From positions 96,001-160,000 of the IMG/VR virus record IMGVR_UViG_3300021142_002226: a DNA stretch of 64,000 bases; one strand, written 5' to 3'. Shown here piece after piece: positions 58,587 to 64,000 of this stretch. The notes under the pieces were generated by a model that saw only the letters and a program-made list of their open reading frames with translations, ran no database searches and was not told where the DNA came from. Origin of the DNA: a virus. The translations under genes were made by a program, and so were the position numbers. Positions within the stretch are counted from its first letter, which is position 1; each line of letters begins with the position of its first letter.

Positions 58587-59066
58587 ATGACAATGAATTA
58601 CTACGAATTTTATGAACAAGAGTCGTTGGCTCAGTTAGATAAGGATTACCCAAATGAAGAGGGGCATAAAAAATTCACCAAAACTTGGAATATCGAAAAT
58701 TTTAGTGTTTTAACGGACAATGGATTTCAAAAAATTGATAAACTACATGAAACAATATCGTACAATGTTTATCATTTAATATTGGATAATGGATTTGAAC
58801 TTAAATGCGCTGATAACCATATTGTTATGTTACCTCGTATGGTTAACATGGTAAGACAACTCGATAATATGAGTGAATCGACAGAACCTATTGAATGTTA
58901 TGTTAAAAATTTGAAACCAGGTGACTTAGTTCATACTAATGATGATATTGGTTGTGCCTCTGTTGTATCCGTAACCAATCTTGGATATCAAGAGAATATG
59001 TATGATTTGCAATTATCAGACGATTCTAACCACAGATATTACACTAATGGTATATTGAGCCATAAT
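58587..59066 (+). mobile_element. Split intein C-fragment (about 160 aa) of ClpC
   Basis: VLTDNGF, block [22 protein letters not shown], with Thr at +1. Confidence 0.88.
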
Positions 59067-60857
59067 ACAGCTATCGTTGAAGGATTGGCCATTAAAATAG
59101 CAAATAACGATTGTCCCAGAACATTGCAAGGTAAGCGTCTTGTTACGCTCGACCTAACCTCAATGGTTGCTGGTACAAAATATCGTGGCCAGTTTGAAGA
59201 ACGCATAAAAGCGTTACTTGATGAAGTTCGTGATAACGATCAGGTTATATTATTCATTGATGAACTACACACAATGGTTGGTGCTGGCAATTCATCTGGT
59301 TCCCTTGATGCTGCAAATGTATTCAAACCAGCTCTTGCTCGTGGTGAAATACAATGCATTGGTGCAACAACTCTTGACGAATATCGTGAACACATTGAAA
59401 AAGATGGTGCACTTGATAGAAGATTTCAGAAAGTAATGGTTAACCCACCATCAATTACTGAAACCAGAGATATTTTAATGAACATAAAAAACAAGTATGA
59501 GGACTATCATAAAGTAACTTATACTGAAGATGCTGTTGATGAAATTGTAAGACTTGCTGATAGGTATATTACCAATCGTGAATTTCCAGACAAAGCTATT
59601 GATATACTTGATGAAGCTGGCTCACGCACACACATTAATATAAAACCACCTCAAATCATTAAAGATCTACAAGACGAGATTAATGAAATTAAAGTTGAGA
59701 AACAAAATGTTGTTAAAACACAAAATTTTGAAAAAGCAGCAGACCTTAGAGATAAGGAAAAGAAACTATTAACACAACTTGATAAAGAATCTGGTATTTG
59801 GAAAAAAAGTCTTGAAATAGATAGAGTTGTTATCGATGAAAACATGATAGCTGATGTTGTATCATCAATGACTGGTATACCTGTAAGTAGGGTTTCACAA
59901 AACGAAATTCAAAGATTACTTCAAATAGACACTGAATTAAAAGATTCTGTGATAGGTCAAGATGAAGCAATTCAAAAAGTTGCTTCAGCTATCAGACGTA
60001 ATAGAACTGGTATAAGCAGAAAAAGTAGACCAATTGGTTCTTTCATGTTTATAGGCCCTTCAGGTGTTGGTAAAACGGAACTTGCCAAAACTCTCGCTGA
60101 AAAAATCTTCGGAACACAAGATGCTTTAATCAGATTTGATATGTCTGAATTCGGTGAGAAATTTAATGTAAGTAAACTTATAGGTTCACCTCCAGGATAT
60201 GTTGGTTATGAAGAAGGCGGCCAACTTACAGAAAAAATTAAGAATAAACCCTATTCATTAATATTGTTCGATGAAATCGAGAAAGCGCACCCAGATGTTT
60301 TTAATATCCTACTCCAATTACTGGATGAAGGTCATCTTTCAGATTCATCAGGTAGAAAAATAAACTTTAAAAATACCATCGTCATTATGACATCTAATAT
60401 CGGTATTAGAGAAGTTCAAGATTTCGGAACCAAAATTGGTTTTAGCGCCGATGGTTCAGAAGATGATTTGAAAAACGCAAATTATATCATAGAAAAAGCT
60501 TTGAAAAAGCAATTCAAACCAGAGTTTTTAAATAGGTTAGATGATATAATTTACTTTAATTATCTTAAAGATGAAAGTATATTAAAAATTATCGATATAC
60601 AATTAAACGATCTTGAAGAGAGATTACTCGAATCTTGTTATACACTTGAAATTGGTAAAAACGTTAAAGAATACGTATTAAAACAAGGTTATGACAAAAA
60701 TTACGGAGCCAGAGAAATTCAACGAACAGTTCAAAAATACCTCGAAGATCCTATTTCCGAGGAATTGTTAAAAGAACATATGCCTAAATTTGCACATATT
60801 ACCGTTGGTTACGATAAGAAAAATGATAAGCTAAATATCAAAATAACCACTACTTAA
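58587..60857 (+). CDS. clpC: Split-intein IntC plus ClpC C-fragment (rest of NBD1, UVR domain, NBD2)
   Basis: ILSHN|[62 protein letters not shown]. Confidence 0.93.
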   Translation: MTMNYYEFYEQESLAQLDKDYPNEEGHKKFTKTWNIENFSVLTDNGFQKIDKLHETISYNVYHLILDNGFELKCADNHIVMLPRMVNMVRQLDNMSESTEPIECYVKNLKPGDLVHTNDDIGCASVVSVTNLGYQENMYDLQLSDDSNHRYYTNGILSHNTAIVEGLAIKIANNDCPRTLQGKRLVTLDLTSMVAGTKYRGQFEERIKALLDEVRDNDQVILFIDELHTMVGAGNSSGSLDAANVFKPALARGEIQCIGATTLDEYREHIEKDGALDRRFQKVMVNPPSITETRDILMNIKNKYEDYHKVTYTEDAVDEIVRLADRYITNREFPDKAIDILDEAGSRTHINIKPPQIIKDLQDEINEIKVEKQNVVKTQNFEKAADLRDKEKKLLTQLDKESGIWKKSLEIDRVVIDENMIADVVSSMTGIPVSRVSQNEIQRLLQIDTELKDSVIGQDEAIQKVASAIRRNRTGISRKSRPIGSFMFIGPSGVGKTELAKTLAEKIFGTQDALIRFDMSEFGEKFNVSKLIGSPPGYVGYEEGGQLTEKIKNKPYSLILFDEIEKAHPDVFNILLQLLDEGHLSDSSGRKINFKNTIVIMTSNIGIREVQDFGTKIGFSADGSEDDLKNANYIIEKALKKQFKPEFLNRLDDIIYFNYLKDESILKIIDIQLNDLEERLLESCYTLEIGKNVKEYVLKQGYDKNYGAREIQRTVQKYLEDPISEELLKEHMPKFAHITVGYDKKNDKLNIKITTT

Positions 60858-60889
60858 TTTGGATATTTACACACTATTTAGTATATTTG
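60858..60889 (+). promoter_or_regulatory. Bacteroidetes-type promoter
   Basis: TTTG(60858)-N20-TATATTTG(60882-89). Confidence 0.65.
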
Positions 60890-60936
60890 TGCCACTTAGC
60901 AATAAGTGGTATATTTATTTTTAAAAACTATAACAT

Positions 60937-61470
60937 ATGAAAAAGAAATTGTTTGTAATTGTTTTGTCGGTTATTTCGATTGGATTATGCTCATGGTTCT
61001 CATATAATAATTTTATCAGATCTGAGAAATTTACCCATTTTCCAGAATCGGTTAAAATGTATTTCTACATTGAGAAATATTCAAAAGAATATGGTATTCC
61101 AAGAAATATTGCTTATGGTATACCTTATTATGAAACTAATTATAAAGGCCCTACTGATACTACATATAACCCAAAAAGAACCTCAAAATCTAAGGCTTAT
61201 GGGGCAATGCAGCTAAAGTTGAAGACGGCCAATGCTGTATGCGATTCAACTATCACGAGAAAAGAACTATTGAATAATACTGAACTTAATGTAATACTTT
61301 CATTCAAACTACTGAAGACTCTACATGACAAATATGGGAGTTGGAAATTGGCTTTGGGTGCATATAATACAGGTAAACCTGTTGTAAACAAGTATTCAAA
61401 AAATATAACCAAATTCAGTTTAAGAAAAATATTTAAGACACAGAATTACCTATATGCAACAACAAATTAA
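60937..61470 (+). CDS. Lytic transglycosylase (SLT domain) with an N-terminal signal/anchor
   Basis: MKKK plus a hydrophobic helix; YYETNY (catalytic Glu), AYGAMQL, ALGAYNTG. Confidence 0.85.
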   Translation: MKKKLFVIVLSVISIGLCSWFSYNNFIRSEKFTHFPESVKMYFYIEKYSKEYGIPRNIAYGIPYYETNYKGPTDTTYNPKRTSKSKAYGAMQLKLKTANAVCDSTITRKELLNNTELNVILSFKLLKTLHDKYGSWKLALGAYNTGKPVVNKYSKNITKFSLRKIFKTQNYLYATTN

Positions 61471-62308
61471 AAATTTAATAGATATATTATCAACCCCAAC
61501 ATATTTTGCAAATGAAGAAAAATTGGTTGAGAAAATATGTAATATTTTAAAAGAAAATGATGTATCGTATGAAGTTGATGATGTCGGTAACATTTATGTA
61601 ACAAAAGGAGAAGCTGAATTTTACCCTTGTGTTGTTGCCCATACAGATACAGTACATGAATTGGAATCAATAAATATCAGAGAGACATTAGATCATGGAA
61701 TGTTATGTCTATCAGCATACAACGATAGCGGTATGCCCACAGGTATTGGGGGAGATGATAAATGTGGCGTTTTTGTTTGTCTTGAGGTTATCAAATCCTT
61801 AAACAATATTAAGGCTGTATTTCTGGTAGGTGAAGAATTCGGTTGTTATGGCGCAAGAATGGCCAACCCTATTTTTTTTGATAATGTTGGGTATGCAATA
61901 CAATTCGATGCCCCATATCATAACTGGGTATCACATGTTTCCTACGGTGTCAAATTGTTTGATGAAAATGGTGAATTCTACAATCATATACAACCAATAC
62001 TTGAAAAATATATGGGTAAATACACTCTTGGTAATCATCCATATACAGACGTATGTGTGTTAAAAAATAAATACGATTTTAGTTGTATCAATATTTCTGT
62101 TGGATATCACAACATGCACACAAGAGAAGAATTTGTTGATGTTAACACAACTCTCAGAACTGTTGAAATTGCTAAAGACATGATCAATACATTAGGAACA
62201 AAAAAATATGAATTTATATCTAAAACCAGGGATGTCTTATTTGAACATATTGATAGTATACAACAATTAAAATACAAATTTTTATCCAGAAAAACAAAAA
62301 GCGACTAA
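61454..62308 (+). CDS. M20/M28-family zinc peptidase
   Basis: VAHTDTV, GGDDKCG, GEEFG, SVGY.N.HT. Confidence 0.8.
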   Translation: MQQQIKNLIDILSTPTYFANEEKLVEKICNILKENDVSYEVDDVGNIYVTKGEAEFYPCVVAHTDTVHELESINIRETLDHGMLCLSAYNDSGMPTGIGGDDKCGVFVCLEVIKSLNNIKAVFLVGEEFGCYGARMANPIFFDNVGYAIQFDAPYHNWVSHVSYGVKLFDENGEFYNHIQPILEKYMGKYTLGNHPYTDVCVLKNKYDFSCINISVGYHNMHTREEFVDVNTTLRTVEIAKDMINTLGTKKYEFISKTRDVLFEHIDSIQQLKYKFLSRKTKSD

Positions 62309-62327
62309 GAATAGTCGCTTTTTTTTG
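62296..62327. terminator. Bidirectional terminator
   Basis: aaaaagcgacta-agaa-tagtcgcttttt. Confidence 0.85.
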
Positions 62328-62346
62328 TGATATTGCCAATTAAATA

Positions 62347-63090
62347 TTATTTCTTGTCCATTTTAGCGTTCATAGCTTCCATAGCCTCTTTTTTCTTGTC
62401 TTTCATTTGCTTTGGTGTTAAAGACTCTTTTTTCTCTTCATTAACTGTACCAGTTTTTGCATTTTCCCAAGTACCAGTTTTAGCTTTTGCGGATTCGATA
62501 TCTTTCATACCACCTGCACTTTTCAACGATTTTTCAACGTGCTTAGTAGCTTCTTTAGCAACACCTGATGTTGCTTTTGCTGTATCTTTAGTTGCACTCT
62601 TTGGAGCACCCATAGAATTTTTAACCTCACCAGCTTTCATTCCTTTAACCATGTGAGCTGTAGCATCTGCTGATTTTTTGCTCACACCATCCCATACACC
62701 AGTAGCTGCTTTTGCCTTCTCAATATCTGTAGATTTACCACCAGATTTGATACCATCCTTAGGTGTTTTACCACTCTTCACATTTTTATCCCAAGTACCT
62801 TCACCTTTAGTTCCAGCTACCTTTGTACCAGTAAATTTTTCTTTACCAACTTCTTCATGCATAGAACCTTTAGCCATGTGCTTTGGATTGTGAGCTTCTG
62901 GAGCATAAGGTTTCTTAGGTAAAGCAGTTGCTTCAGCTTCCTTAACTGTTTCATCTTCCTCTTCTTCAGTTTCCATCATAGCTTCATCTTCCATAGGAGT
63001 TTCCATCATGGATTCGTCTTCAACAGATTCGTTTAAGTGTTTATGAATGCTCATCAATTGAGCTTCTGTAATTCTATATTTTACTGCCAT
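62347..63090 (-). CDS. Putative head-internal protein with Lys/Ala/Gly repeats
   Basis: Start reassigned to MAVKYRITEAQLMSIHKHLNES; late motif at 63110-63116. Confidence 0.6.
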   Translation of the reverse strand: MAVKYRITEAQLMSIHKHLNESVEDESMMETPMEDEAMMETEEEEDETVKEAEATALPKKPYAPEAHNPKHMAKGSMHEEVGKEKFTGTKVAGTKGEGTWDKNVKSGKTPKDGIKSGGKSTDIEKAKAATGVWDGVSKKSADATAHMVKGMKAGEVKNSMGAPKSATKDTAKATSGVAKEATKHVEKSLKSAGGMKDIESAKAKTGTWENAKTGTVNEEKKESLTPKQMKDKKKEAMEAMNAKMDKK

Positions 63091-63191
63091 AATAAATGAT
63101 ATTTTTATAATAAATAGTTTATATTTAGCTAAAAGACATAAAAAAAGTGATATTTCTATCACTTTTTCTTGGAACCTCGTAGATTTTATTA

Positions 63192-63971
63192 TTATTTTAA
63201 TTTATTCCCACATTTTGGGCAAAAATTGTAGGATTCTTTCTTAATTTTGGTACCGCAAGAAGTACAATAGTTCTGCACAGCAGCATATTGCACAGGTTCT
63301 TGTGATTGCGGCATTATTTTCCAGTAGGTTCTGGTTGAGTAATAGGTGTTAAAACTACCATTAACTTCTGTAAATGATTGGTTTGAAACGTCACCCTTTT
63401 CAATTCTACCTGTTTCAATACTTTCTAATGAATCCATGGTTGCTGAACTATTAGAACTTGAACTACGTAATATTCTTGAGCTAACTTGACCAACCATACT
63501 CGTGTTATTCAAAGTATTGGTAGCGGTAGTCATAACAGTTGGGTTATTTAGAAAGTTATTGGATATTGGTTGACTTGAATACCAGAAAGTATTAGTTGTC
63601 AATATTGGGGCAATGTATTCATCATAAAATTCGATTTCAACATCACCATTATTAGCTATTGCCTTTTTAACCTCATTCGAAGCACCAACTTCATATGTTG
63701 AAAATAAAAATTTATTGTTATTATCAATAAATCTATCCAAGAATATGCGTTGACCTGGTTTCAAATAGATACCTCTGGTTGAGATATAATTTCCGTTTAA
63801 TTTTATTTTTACGAGAACAGATGTGGTTTTTGGATTGAACAGTTCAATCTCGAATTCTTGTTTATCATTCATGTAAACAGTATTGTTGTACTGTTTAACT
63901 CTGTTTTTACCGACTGTTAAATATGCAGACGGTGTTGACCCATTGTTATAGGTGTACGTTGTGTGATACAT
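63192..63971 (-). CDS. Hypothetical protein with a C-terminal zinc ribbon
   Basis: CTSCG...FCPKCG. Confidence 0.65.
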   Translation of the reverse strand: MYHTTYTYNNGSTPSAYLTVGKNRVKQYNNTVYMNDKQEFEIELFNPKTTSVLVKIKLNGNYISTRGIYLKPGQRIFLDRFIDNNNKFLFSTYEVGASNEVKKAIANNGDVEIEFYDEYIAPILTTNTFWYSSQPISNNFLNNPTVMTTATNTLNNTSMVGQVSSRILRSSSSNSSATMDSLESIETGRIEKGDVSNQSFTEVNGSFNTYYSTRTYWKIMPQSQEPVQYAAVQNYCTSCGTKIKKESYNFCPKCGNKLK

Positions 63972-64000
63972 ATATTTTTCCTCTTTTTTTAATTTACCTA

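Noticed and set aside
31316-60857. terL and clpC as pseudogenes or group I intron-interrupted genes
   Set aside because: Cys-start IntN and His-Asn-end IntC flank the breaks exactly at conserved extein junctions. No intron core is visible.
1960-62893. Many short antisense or alternate-frame ORFs in the track (e.g. 5276-5623, 35887-36354, 44-49 kb plus-strand ORFs)
   Set aside because: They are shadows of well-supported genes, with no motifs or promoters of their own.
1-64000. Stop-codon reassignment as in some Bacteroidetes jumbo phages
   Set aside because: Long conserved genes are intact in the standard code, and TGA (39776) and TAG (48427) act as stops. The gene breaks are explained by intein ends.
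1-64000. tRNA, rRNA or CRISPR arrays
   Set aside because: No cloverleaf or T-loop GTTCRA context and no regularly spaced repeats were found by eye in the short intergenic gaps. tRNAscan was not run.

Overview
64 kb of a very AT-rich, T4-like (myovirus-type) jumbo phage genome read in the standard genetic code. Six exact or near-exact Bacteroidetes housekeeping promoters (TTTG-N19/20-TAnnTTTG), a DUF4494-like gene and the lack of Shine-Dalgarno motifs point to a Bacteroidetes host. The window holds: neck, baseplate and head genes (gp13-like, spike-like, TerL, portal gp20, protease gp21, scaffold, MCP gp23); a family-B DNA polymerase; nucleotide metabolism (dut, thyA, dNMP kinase, phoH); a roughly 11 kb glycosylation block with NeuB, NeuA, a Maf/DUF115-like protein and six glycosyltransferases; and a gp55-like sigma factor. 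Main observations: (1) two fractured genes, TerL and a ClpC-type AAA+ ATPase, each cut by an atypically split intein (30 and 34 aa IntN; 109 and about 160 aa IntC) with a related free-standing Vsr-like endonuclease gene between the halves, plus a contiguous HNH intein in the portal; (2) a macrodomain-like module inserted inside the proofreading domain of the DNA polymerase, with a separate ART-fold gene elsewhere; (3) a phage nonulosonic-acid pathway; (4) a -1 slippery site joining two head-region ORFs; (5) a shared leader motif that may target proteins to the capsid; (6) a late-gene upstream motif TATTTAT(A), the reverse complement of the T4 late promoter. All family assignments come from motifs read by eye; no database searches were run.
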